DNA of 64,000 nt. Source: Octopus sinensis (taxonomy: Eukaryota). The notes below the pieces were generated by a model that was given only the letters and a program-made list of their open reading frames with translations, was not told the origin of the DNA and made no database searches. The position numbers and the translations under genes are program-made. The stretch spans positions 5,456,001 to 5,520,000 of the forward strand of contig NC_043020.1 in the NCBI RefSeq assembly GCF_006345805.1, given 5' to 3'. This document shows, one piece after another, positions 40,573 through 52,769 of this stretch. How positions within the stretch are numbered: position 1 is the first letter of the stretch; each line of letters opens with the position of its first letter.

Positions 40573-41040
40573 GTATGTGTATATTATATGTATGTATGTA
40601 TATATATGTATGTATGTATGTATATATATGGTATATGTATGTATGTATATGTATGTATATATAGGTATGTATATGTATGTATGTATGTATATGTATGTAT
40701 GTATATGTATGTATGTATATGTCTATGGATGTATGTATATGTATGTATATATATGTATGTATATGTATATGTATGTATGTATATATGTGTATGTATATGT
40801 ATGTATGTATGTATATATATGTATGTATGGTATATATATATGTATATATTTGTATGTAAAATATTTGTATGTATGTATGTATAATATATTATGTATGTAT
40901 ATATATATGTATATATATATGTATGTATGATATATGTATGTATATATGTATGTATATATGTATGGTATATTATATATGTTTGTATGTATATATATGTATG
41001 TATAATATATATATATATATTATATTATATATATATATAT
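40465..41040. repeat. (TA)n/(TATG)n compound microsatellite
   Basis: Direct reading. Confidence 0.95.
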
Positions 41041-41588
41041 ATTTCGTATATTTTCATTTGTATTGCTTATTTTTTACGCTTTGGTTTCTTTGCTGAGTTT
41101 TTTCTTGAGAACACATTCTTCGTGGAAAATACCGGATTTTGACGTCTACTCTAGCATATTGACTGTCCACTTTTAGTGGTCAGTCCTTTAAATTTTGTAT
41201 GTAAAAATATTTTTCATCTTCGGATTTTTAAAAAAAATATGCTAGGCCACTGGTTTTAATTGATTAATATCAATTTCTACCCTTATTCAATTCTATATAT
41301 ATATACAGCATACATATATATATATATATGCACACACCATGTGAAACATATTTGTTTTACCAAAAGTTATGAGGAAACAAAGTCGGGCATGAGGCACAAT
41401 TCTGTAGTTAAGCTTATTACATATATATCTTCATCATCATCATTATTATTTAACGTTTGTCTTCTATGCTGGCATGGGTTGGACAGTTTAAATGGAAATG
41501 GTAAGTCGGAGAGCTGCATCAGGTTCCAATCTGATTTGGCTTGGTTTCTACAACTGGATGCCCTTCCTAATACCAACGTTGTTATGGT

Positions 41589-41960
41589 TTAATCATACAT
41601 TATCTTGTAGCATTGAGATTTCACTGGTGTGTTGCTATATTTTTAGAATGACATTGTAGGGTAGGTGTGAGAGGCTGGATCTGATCAGCTTTAACATAAA
41701 ACAGGCGGAATATTTGGGCTAGATATGGCCAGATTAAACGCTAAAGCAGTGGTTTTCAACCAGGGTTCTGCCAGTACAGTCCAGGGGTTCCGCAAGAAGT
41801 TACAAAACTGCTAAAATCAGCAGTAATTTTTAATTCTCCTGTGCAGATATGTGTGCATAAGACTATTAAATTATTGCACAGGGGTTCCTCGAGCCAGTGG
41901 AATGTTTCCTTGGGGTTCCGCTCCAGCAAAAAGGCTGAAAAGCACTGCGCTAAAGGGTTG
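41589..41960 (-). mobile_element. piggyBac-like MITE family F with a hAT MITE inserted in its terminal repeat
   Basis: Reverse complement of 62936-63151. Confidence 0.7.
41747..41947. mobile_element. hAT-type MITE
   Basis: TIRs CAGTGGTTTTCAACC / GGCTGAAAAGCACTG; perfect 8-bp TSD CGCTAAAG (41739-41746, 41948-41955). Confidence 0.92.
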
Positions 41961-42786
41961 AGCAAATTTCATTTCCCATGCTTAGGGTTTGACAGATTTA
42001 TAAATATTTTCAGTAAATTTCATACACAACCTGGGAGCACAAGACAGACTGACAAGCCATTTTAGTTGAAAAACAGGAAACATGATGATTTAGTCAAGGC
42101 CCTCAAGGAAAAGGGGTCTGACACAAGCTCAAGAACAGTGGGGGTGCTAGCACATTCTTTAAGATTGGTGGGGACAGCAATGTAAATGCTTTGAACATCC
42201 CCCAGAAAAACTGGGTTTGTATTTCTTAAGCAAATTTCATTCCTTGCACTTGGGGTTGGACAGGTTTATAAATCCTAACAGTAAATTCCACACCCAACTT
42301 GGACCACGAGGCAAACTGACAAGACATTTTAAATATTTTTTTGCTGTGAAAAAGAGGAAAAATATGATCTAGGCAGGGCCCTTCATCATAAGGGCAATCC
42401 CCCAGACCTTGTGGTTTCACCCCACATCAGCTTTATATTGATCACACACATGCAATAGAACCTAATCCAGATCATATTTTATACATGGGTTTATATTATG
42501 AATGAATTTAGCTGCTATTTCTAATATATCAAATGAGAAGGTTACTATCTGCTTTTGTGATAGATATATCCATCACTCATACACACTCTTTTATATATAT
42601 AGTCAACAGAATATAATGTGTATATAGGTGTTTGTATGTAACTTATGAAGTAATTTGTATCCTGTATAATGAATGATGTGTATAAATATGTGTAGTAATG
42701 TATGTTTATTGCATGTAGAATATGTGGTATAATGTGTAGAATGAAATTGTATATGTGTCTTTATAGTATGTACATGTATATTTGTC

Positions 42787-42834
<48 letters not shown>

Positions 42835-44100
42835 GTGTGTGTACATATATTTGTGTGTATATATTTGTATGTATATATATATATATACATATATATATAT
42901 GTGCCCCAGCATGGCCACAGCTCATTAGCTGAAACTGGAAAATCAAAATCATATATGTGTATATACATATATCTTCATATATATTTGTGTATATATATAT
43001 ATTTGTGTATATATATATATTTGTGTATATATATATATTTGTGTGTATATATATATGTACATATATATTTGTATATATATACATACACACACACATATCT
43101 GTGTATATATATATATGTACATATATTTGTGTGTATATATATGTATGTACACATTTTTATGTGTGTATGTACAGAAATATTTGTGTATGTATATATATAT
43201 GTGTGTACATATATATTGTGTATGTATATATATAATATATATATATATATATGTACATATCTGTGTATACATGAAACCAATGGTATTTCTCTAACATTGT
43301 TATATTATACATACAAAATATATATATATGACAAATCAATTTGGACAACAGATGTCCAAGAGACATGTGATTTTATGTATGTACATATATATATACATAA
43401 ATACATACATATATTTGTGTGTTTGTCTATACACATATATTTTAACACCATAAATAAATGTCTTTCATCGCCACACTCCTTATAATTTTCCTCTAAAACA
43501 TCCCAAAATTCATTATTTTCTGATTTGGTACTTTGAAGCGTTTGGTATTCATGTTTTCAAAATCACTTGGAATTTGGCCAAATGGTTGTGAGAAGGTCCG
43601 ATTCCAGTGACCTACATATCAAAATACTGAAAGCTTGAAAGAGCAAATATTCAAAAGGCCAAATTTTTAAAATATTTTAAGAGAAAATTGCAAGCGTAAT
43701 TGAGAAGCACAGGTGTGGCTGTGTGGTGTGAAGTACGCTTCCTGCTCACATGGGTCTGGGTTCAGTCCCACTGCATGGCAGTACAACCATAGAAAGACTT
43801 CCACATTTAGTAGGCATTTATGTATATATGTGTGCGTGTGTCCAGTCACTCCCTGACGGTCAGTGTTGGTTTGTTAACATCCCTGCAACTTAGTAGCTCA
43901 GCAAATAGAGTCAGATGGAATAAGTATCAGACTGACTTAACCTTTCAAGATGGTGCCCCAGGATGGCCACAGCCCTGTGACTGAAATATGTGAAAAAGAT
44001 ATATGATAAAACAGAATTAGCTTCACACAATATATGTTTAAAGCTTTAAAAGGGGATTTATTAGAACATCATACAGCAAAAAACTCTAGGGAGGGAATAA

Positions 44101-44571
44101 GCCCTCCCCACCAATCTTTTGGCCCTTAATTCTTTACACTCTAATGCGGTTGGGGACAGCATCTAGCCCATGACTGCTGCCATTTTCCTGTGCCATTATC
44201 TACATTGCAGCTTTCCTCAATGGTTGCGATGCCCTAGAACCAAGATGATTTGGGTGTTATAAGCCCTACACCCCAATCTTTTGGCCCTTAATTCTTTACA
44301 TTCTAAGGCAGCTGGGGCAGCATCTAGGCCATGACTGCTGCCATTGTCCACATTGCAACCTTCCTCGATGGTAAAGATGCCCTAGAACCAAGATGCTTTG
44401 GGTATTATAAGCCCTACCCCGCCAATCTTTTGGCCCTTAATTCTTTACATTCTAATGCGTTTGGGGGCAGCATCTAGGCCATGACTTCTGCCATTTTCCT
44501 GTGCCATTGTCTACATTGCAACCTTCCTCAATGGTTGAGACGCCCTCGAACCAAAATGCTTTGGGTGTTGT
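44101..44571. repeat. Three-copy ~160-bp tandem repeat of complex sequence
   Basis: CCAATCTTTTGGCCCTTAATTCTTTAC at 44111, 44273, 44422. Confidence 0.9.
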
Positions 44572-44892
44572 GGTCCCTTTCATTTGAAGACACTCATTGA
44601 CTAAAAGGTACATTGGGACTTTTGGAATTCCCTTTATTCATGTAGTAAGATGGCTGACAGAATCCCTAGCATGCTGAACAAAATTCTTCATGGCATTTCG
44701 TCTGCCTCTATGTTCTGAGCTCAAATCCTACCATGGTCAACTTTACCTTTCAATCCATTTAAGGGTCAATAAAATAAGTACCCATCAAACACTGGAATCT
44801 ATGTAATCAACTTTTCTCCCTCCCCTAAACCTTCAGCTTTCATACCCACTTTGAAAAGGAATATTATCATCATCATCATTATTATTATTATT

Positions 44893-45299
44893 GAGTGAGA
44901 GAGCAGTTCATGGCATCAAAGTGACACTGGGGTAAAATATACAAAGCCCAATATACCCATCATGACTACCCGTCTGATAAGGGTACACCAGGCACATGCA
45001 TCACAACCATATGTGCGCGACATGGTGATCTCATATCAAGATAAACAGCACATGACCTTGCAGGTGGGGCCCAGTTAGAATTTTCTTCTGGTTGAGTAGC
45101 CCAACCTGCTCAAAAGGTCCCTGAATAAGGGTTGTTTAAAGATGTTGAAAGAACCACCCATGTTTCCAGAGGTGAATTATTCAAACCCCAAAGAATCCCT
45201 CTTAACAAATGACTATGATGCTCCCCCACTACTTCTGCTCGTGATCAGAGATGCACATATCGTCAACCACAAAGGGACATTCTCAACTGGTTACGGTCA
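44893..45299 (-). mobile_element. Retroposon-like family H, ~400 bp
   Basis: Homologous to 15851-16075; (TAA)n tail; no tRNA head recognised. Confidence 0.75.
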
Positions 45300-46302
45300 T
45301 ATTATTATTATTATTATCATTATAGACATTGCACAGTATCCAATATCATGGCGTTGTTGATTGAAGATATTGTATCTACCGGAGCTTTGTACTGTTTGTC
45401 AAGTCACAACAAAGACCTCTGATATACACTACTTTATGCAATATGCATGCAGTTCCAAGTAATGCTAATTTTTACAACTACTATTATTATTGTTATTATT
45501 ATTATTATTCAAATTTCTCTAAGCTTGACTTTGGCTTTCATCCTTTCGGGGTCAATAAATTAAGTACCAGTGAAACTGGGGCTGATGTAATCGACTTTCT
45601 TCCAACCCCCAAAATTCTTGACCTTGTGCCTATAGTAGAAAGGATTATTATTATTATTATTATTATTATTCAAATTCTGCCAAGATCAATTTTGCCTTTC
45701 ATCCTTTCGAGATTGATAAATTAAGTACCAGTCAAGTACTGGGGTCAAGTGTGATCGACCAGTCTCCTCCCCTGAAATTTCAGGTATTTTTCTGAGATAC
45801 CTGTAGTTAGTCATCAAAACTGGGGTATCTTTCATATACATATATATATTTAGTATCAGATAAAGTTATATAAAAAAAAGATTTTTGGTAATAAATTAAA
45901 ATTTAAAAATTAGGGTATCAATAGGTAAATATACTTTTGTTGTGTAATCATGAGATGGCATATAGATTAGCCATTCAGCTCACTCACCTTTTGACGAAGG
46001 GAGGAGAAAAAGTGAGAGAGAGAGGGTAGCATCAACATTTAGTTGGTACTCACTTTTCAATGGAATAGACGGGGGAAGCAGTGGGAAATGAAGGGCGTTG
46101 TTCAAGTGCACAACACATTGTGCGGTCCAGGAATTGAACCCACGACTACTGAACTGCCTGATATCGCCACTTGCCCTGTGATACAGACTTCCTGTTTTAA
46201 AGTTATCTACACTGAAATCTTCCATTAAAGCTTCCTGTTAATTCATGCTTCAAACATCGGTTTATGACAAAATTATTTTAAATTCTTCATTGGTTTTAAT
46301 TG

Positions 46303-46630
46303 TCACCGGCACAAGTGCCAGTAAGGCGACGCTGGTAACGATCAAGCACCATTCAAGCGTGATCATTACCAGCGTCCCCCTTCTGGCACATGAAAAAGCA
46401 TTCGAGCGAGGTCGTTGCCAGTGTCGCTGAAGTGGTTCCTGTGCCGGTGGCACGTAAAAAGCACCCACTACACTCTTGGAGTGGTTGGCATTAGGAAGTG
46501 CATCCAACTGTAGAAACCTTGCCAGATCAAGATTGGAGCCTGGTGCAGCCTTCTGGTTCGCCAATCCTTAGTCAAATCATCTAACCCATGCCAGCATGAA
46601 AAGCGGATGTTAAACGATGATGATGATGAT
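46303..46630 (+). mobile_element. Family E element with (GAT)n tail, RTE-related by recall
   Basis: TGGTTGGCATTAGGAAGTGCATCCAACTGTAGAAA...GTTAAACGATGATGAT; other copies at 41432-41580, 50066-50428, 53900-54135, 58140-58350. Confidence 0.75.
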
Positions 46631-46855
46631 TAATAGAAACAAAAAGCGCATGGATCAGTGGCTAGAGCGTCGGGCTCGCAATCATGAGGTAGTTGGTTCA
46701 ATTCCTGGACCAGGCTCTGTGTTGTGTTCTTGAGCAAAACACTTCATTTCACATTGCTCCAGTTCACTCAGCCGTTGAAATAAGTTGCTATGTCACTAGT
46801 TCCAAGCTGTAGTGGCCCCTTTGCCCTTCCCGTGTATAAGTATATATTATGTGTA

Positions 46856-46896
<41 letters not shown>

Positions 46897-47548
46897 TTAA
46901 TAGGATATATGTATGTATGTATATTAATGTATGTATTATATAGTATGTATGTATATATGTATGTATGTATATATGTATGTAATGTATATATGTATGTATG
47001 TATATATGTATGTATGTAGTATGTATGTATGTATTATATTATGTATGTATAATATATATATACATATATGTATGGATGTATTATAAATATGTAGGATATA
47101 TATTACATATCTATATGTATGTATATATACATATATATATGTATGTATATATATATGTATGTATATATACATATATATGTATGTATATATATATGTATGT
47201 ATATATATATTTATTTATATATATATGTTTATTATATATATATGCATATGTATGTATGTATATTTAATATATATGTATATATGTTGTATATGTGAATATA
47301 TACATTATATATATATATATATATATTATAGTTGAGGTTATAAGGGATAATGGCGTCATTGAGACCCAGAGGTGTCAGGTAATGCTGAATAAGTGCTATA
47401 GACAGACCATAGTTAAGTTCCAGATTCGGTAATATTGCGAATAAAGGGTTCAACGCTGGTTCTATGTCAGCGTGTGTATATAAGAATTTTTTGCGTTATA
47501 AGATAAAAACCAAGGCTGTATAGATATTAGAGCATTTATAGATAGAAG

Positions 47549-47599
47549 GTCTTACAGCTGTTTCTAGGATATTTATTATTATATCCCTTCATCGGAGAC
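47549..47599 (-). ncRNA. Type I hammerhead-like motif (U4C variant) within a PLE-like AT-rich block (~47330-47810)
   Basis: Minus strand GTCT CCGATGA A GGGATAT-AATAATAA-ATATCCT A GAAACAGCTGTA AGAC. Confidence 0.6.
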
Positions 47600-47839
47600 A
47601 GTGTGAGGGGATGGTTAAGTCATAGTTAGTTCAGATGTGATACAAAGTAGAGAGTGAGGTGGAGGAAAGAAAATAGATGCAAGATATGTAGGGATATTGA
47701 AGTTGTAAATCCATTTTTTAGGCATAATGGTATATATGCAATATTCCAATATCCTATGTGTAAAGTCCAAAAGTCCAACAGAGTTTAAAATGGGTCCTTC
47801 CAAATATAGAGTTTATACACAATGTGAGATTCCCTTATG

Positions 47840-49063
47840 TGTGAGAGGCCCTTTGTCACCAGCAGAGGTAAGAGCTCTCTGAACTTTTCCCAGGCTATTC
47901 TTATTCTAGCAGCTATACTTCCAGCACACCCTGCCCCGCTACTGACATGGTCACCTAGGTAACGGAAGCTATCAACTACTTCTAGTTTTTCTCCCTGGAA
48001 TGTGGCGGAAGTTGTTCTCTGCACATTTTCAGTGTTTATTGTTCCTGAGCATCTGCCACATACAAAAACTATCTTCCCAGTTAGCCTTCCTTTGATATTG
48101 CTGCACCTCTTATGCGTCCATAGCTTACACTTGGGTACATCTTATAGAGTTTCTACCTACACCTTTTTTACAGATCAAGCAGGGCCATCTACCTGAAGGG
48201 ATTTGTGGTTTGCCTGCCTTCCTACTTATTAGGACATTGGTTTTAGCTAGGTTGATTCTAAGGCCCTTCAATTCTAATCCTTGTTTCCACACCTGAAACA
48301 TCTCGAGTTCTGATAGTGATTCAGTAATTAAAGGAAGGTCGTCAGCATAGAGGAGCTCCCAGGGGCATCCTGTCTTGAATTCCTCTGTTATTGCCTGGAG
48401 GACTATGATAAATAAGAAGAGGCTAAGGACTGAACCTTGGTGGACCCCTACCTCTACCCGGAATTCTTCACTGTACTCGTTGCCAACCCTCACCTTACTG
48501 ACATTGTCCCTGTACATGCCTTGCACAGCTCTCACTAACTATTCATCTATCCCTAGTTTCCTCATTGACCACCAAATAAGGGATCGGGGGACCCAGTCAA
48601 AGGCTTTCTCTATGTCAACGAAAGCCAGATACAGAGGTTTATCTTGGCTAGGTATTTCTCCTGCAGCTGTCTTACCAGAAATATAGCATCAGTGATGCTT
48701 TTCCCTGACATGAACCCAAACTGCATCTCACCTAAACTGACTCTCTCCCTAATTAGTTGGGCTATGACCCTCCCCGTGACCTTCATTATCTGATCCAACA
48801 ACTTGATACCTCTGTAACTATTTGTATCTAAAGCGTCACCTTTAGTTTTGTAGCAGTTGATTATAGTGCTGCTACACCAGTCATTGGGTATGACTCCTTC
48901 GTGTATCACCTAGTTAACTATACGGGTGACTAGGCTATAGCCCACACTGCCAGATGTTTTGAGCATCTCTGCAGTGATTCCTGATGGACCAGGGGCTTTC
49001 CCTATCTTCATACTTTTAATTGCCTTAACTACCAAGGAACTGTCAACTTGGATAGCTGGTCCC
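47840..49063 (-). pseudogene. RTE-clade LINE reverse transcriptase fragment, frameshifted and with stops
   Basis: Minus-strand ORF pieces: KAPGPSGI, IPNDWCSSTIINCYKTKGDALD..YRGIKLL, MQFGF..DAIFLVRQLQEKY, GVHQGSVLS, LLYADDL, VDSFRYLG. Confidence 0.93.
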
Positions 49064-49784
49064 TATATATATATATATATATGCCAGCATGGCAAACAGA
49101 CGTTAAACAATGATGATGATGATATGTATATATATATATATATGTGTGTGTGTATATATATATGTGTGTGGTGGATATGTATGTATATATATACATGTGT
49201 GTGTATATATATAGTATATATGTGTATATATATATGTATGTATATATATGTGTATATACGTGTGTGTGTGTGTATATATATATGTGTGTGTGTGTATATA
49301 TACACACATATACCACACACACATACTGTGTGTGGTATATGCTTTGAGAAACATGTTAACCAGTTAAACAGGTTAAAAGGTAATATTTTTTTCTTTTGCA
49401 AATCTCCTATTTAACTGGACATTCATGCGTAAACAAAGCATTGTACCCTAAATTTGGTAGGAGTAAATAAATACATTCACACACATACATATCTCTCTCC
49501 ACCGCTTCCATACATAGATGTGTGTGCGTATACATACATACCTACATACATGCAGACAGATAGATAGAGATATATAGATAGATAGAAAGAAAGAAATACA
49601 TATGTGTGGTTTGTAGTTCAACTGATAATAGAGTAAAGATATGAATAAGAAACACAGAGATACAAAGGCACAGAGCACCCAACCAGAATCCCAGAGGTGC
49701 CCAGTTCAATTCCGTGTTGCAGCTTGCTACACATTTTCCATTTTCTAAGGGCAGTTCCCCAATCTACTAAGCTGTTTTTCACAG

Positions 49785-49861
49785 TTAAATCTGCATCCAA
49801 GATTTCCTTTATTTTCTGTAATACACAGAAATTTAATCAACTTTTGTACTGGTCAAAAGAG
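49785..49861 (+). CDS. Candidate small exon: 77 nt (V)KSASKISFIFCNTQKFNQLLYWSKE, or 33 nt KFNQLLYWSKE from 49829
   Basis: Acceptors GCTGTTTTTCACAG and TTTATTTTCTGTAATACACAG, donor GAG|GTAAGC, open frame. Confidence 0.35.
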
Positions 49862-50442
49862 GTAAGCATTCCCTCTGTTGAACATCCATCAATGTTATAT
49901 CACCTGAAGAAATGAATCAATGATGACCAACCGGATGCCCAAGGATACCACAGGCTACACCGTGATCTTAAGAGACATGTGATTTCTGGAAACACACATA
50001 GCAATGCACTGAATGTTTGTAAATTCCATCCTAGAGTTATTGTTATTATTACTATATACATATAATCATTATCGTTTAATGTCCGTTTTCCATGCTAGCA
50101 TGGGTTGGACAGTTTGACCGGGTTCTGGGAAGCCAGGAAGCTGCACCAGGCACCAGTCTGATCTGGTAGTGTTTCTACAGCTGGATGCCCTTCCTAACGC
50201 CAACCACTCTGAGAGTGTAGAGGGTGCTTTTACATGCTACCGGCACGAGGGCCAGTCAGGCGGTACTGGCAATGGCCACGCTCAAAATGGTGTTTTTTTA
50301 CGTGCCAGCTGCACAGAAGCCAGTCTAGCGGCACTGGCAACAACCTCGCTCGAATGTTTTTTCACGTGCCAGTAAGGCAACACTGGTAATGATCATGCTC
50401 GAATGATGCTTTTTATGTGCCACCAGCAAAATATATATATAT

Positions 50443-50847
50443 ATGTATATTTGGAAGATTTTGGAGGGCTTAGCTCCCAATTTTGGAACTGACAGCTATA
50501 CCAATCCTCAAACTGGATGGCACTGCATCATACCAAAGATCCCATCTTCCTTATCAAAAATAAGGACACAATACTGCAATAGTCTGGGTTTTAAGGGCCT
50601 GCAATTGCTCAACATCCTTCCAGGCAACCCTAGAGATCTACATGGTGTTGATGTGGAAGTTTTCAAGGAATGTCTGGACAGATTTCTGTCTGAGATGCCA
50701 GATGAACCCACATCGTGGCAGGAGGCGCAAAGAGGAGCAGCTCCATCCAACTCACTACTTCACCAAAAACAGTATCAGAAACAACACTGAGTAACTACAA
50801 GTGGTGCTCAAGCATGACCTCAGCCCTGGGCTAAAACCAATAAAAGA
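50443..50847 (+). pseudogene. CR1/L2-group LINE ORF2 C-terminus and 3' UTR
   Basis: YIWKILEGLAPN...NSLGFKG.QLLNILP...FKECLDRFLSEMPDEP...SNSLLHQ, followed by a stem-loop tail. Confidence 0.75.
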
Positions 50848-51209
50848 TATCGTCGTCATCGTTTAACAACCATTTTCCATGGATTGGACAGATTGATAGG
50901 AACTGGTAAAGCCCAGGGCTACATGTGTGTGTGGTGTATAGGCGCAGGTGTGGCTGTGTGGTAAGAAGCTTGCTTCCCAACCACATGGTTTCAGGTTCAG
51001 TCCCACTGCATGACACCCTAGATAAGTGTCTTCTGTTATAGTATTGGGCCAACGCTATAACACACATGTTTGTACATGTATATGTATGTATGTGTGTATG
51101 TATTTATATATATGTGTGTGTATTTATGTATTTATATGTATGTGTTTGTGTTTATATATATACACACATACATACATATATATATACGTATATATATTGT
51201 GACCTCGTG

Positions 51210-51410
51210 TGTGCCGTTGGTGATTTTTTTTCCTCCATCTTCCCTTCTCTGGATCTTTCCTTCTCCTATGTTTCCGACAAAGAGCTCCGCTCGAAACGTT
51301 AAACCCTCCTTCTTTCCTTCCTTCCTGAGCGTCCAATAATACTATATTTGTTCCACGTCCTCGCGTTGTTGTGTTTTTTTGTGCTTTCTTGTTTGGATTA
51401 ACTTTATATA
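51210..51410 (+). mobile_element. Short PLE-like element with decayed hammerhead core (51270-51304)
   Basis: GTTT CCGACAA A GAGC-TCC-GCTC GAAAC GTT AAAC; flanks homologous to 16555-16712. Confidence 0.65.
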
Positions 51411-51450
51411 TGTATATGTGTGTATATATGTATATGTGTGTGTATATATG

Positions 51451-51481
<31 letters not shown>

Positions 51482-51638
51482 ATACACACATATATACTCT
51501 AGCATATATTATCATGCTAATTAATATTAATATACATATATCAATTACAGCCGACACGTGTTAAATACATGAGTCTTGGCATTGAATTCCATTTATTATT
51601 TTTTTTCTTTGTTTTAATATTGCACTACCCCACCTCCC

Positions 51639-52366
51639 TGTGTGTGTGTGTGTGTATGCGCGCATGTGTGTGTGTGTGTGTATGCGCGCATGTGTGTGTG
51701 TGTGTGTATGCGCGCATGTGTGTGTGTGTGTATGCGCGCATGTGTGTGTGTGTGTGTATGCGCGCATGTGTGTGTGTGTGTATGCGCGCATTGTGTGTGT
51801 GTGTGTGTGTATGCGCGCATGTGTGTGTGTGTGTGTGTGTGTGTATGCGCGCATGTGTGTGTGTGTGTGTATCGCGCATGTGTGTGTGGTGTGTATGCGC
51901 GCATGTGTGTGTGTGTGTGTATGCGCGCATGTGTGTGTGTGTATGCGCGCATGTGGTGTGTGTGTGTATGCGCGCATGTGGTGTGTGTGTATGCGCGCAT
52001 GTGGTGTGTGGTGTATGCGCGCATGTGTGTGTGTGTGTGTATGCGCGCATGTGTGTGTGTGTGTGTATGCGCGCATGTGTGTGTGTGTGTGCGCGCATGT
52101 GTGTGTGTGTGTGTATGCGCGCATGTGTGTGTGTGTGTATGCGCGCATGTGTGTGTGTATGCGCGCATGTGTGTGTGGTGTTATGCGCGCATGTGTGTGG
52201 TGTATGCGCGCATGTGTGTGTGTGTATGCGCGCATGTGTGTGTGTATGCGCGCATGTGTGTGTGTGTGTATGCGCGCATGTGTGTGTGTGTGTATGCGCG
52301 CATGTGTGTGTGTGTATGCGCGCATGTGTGTGTGTGTGTGTATGCGCGCATGTGTGTGTGTGTATG
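51639..52366. repeat. (TG)n array punctuated by ~30 copies of the palindrome ATGCGCGCAT
   Basis: Direct reading. Confidence 0.97.
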
Positions 52367-52769
52367 TAGAAATTAGAGTGAATCTCTCCCACAAGCACAT
52401 ACAGCCTCAATGGAGGTCATGACCTTCACATGTAGTTTAGCTTCAGTCATATTTCTGTGAATGCACACGTATGCATGCGTGTGTGTGTGTGTGTGTGTAT
52501 ATTCTCTCTCTCTCTCTCTCTCTCCCTCCCCCTCTCCTCTCTCTCTCTCTCTTTATCACTCTTTCATTACTCTGTTTACTTGCTGTCTCCCTCTCCTCTT
52601 ACTCTTCTTTTCACTTCTACTCTCTCTCTCACACACATACACACACACACACACTCTTGAAATTCCGGTTAAAAAAATAAAAGGTGCAAGTTGATCAAAG
52701 TCAAAACTGAAATATTTCTGCTGTTTTTCACATGAAAAACCATCATCGTCACCATCAACATCATCATCA

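Noticed and set aside
44150-44480. HDV-like ribozyme in the 160-bp repeat
   Set aside because: Spacing between the putative P1 strands (13 nt) is too short for P2/P3/L3
51561-52422. Six overlapping 184-279 aa ORFs and a CRISPR-like look (constant word with variable spacers)
   Set aside because: Spacers are only (TG)n of variable length; no cas genes; eukaryotic context
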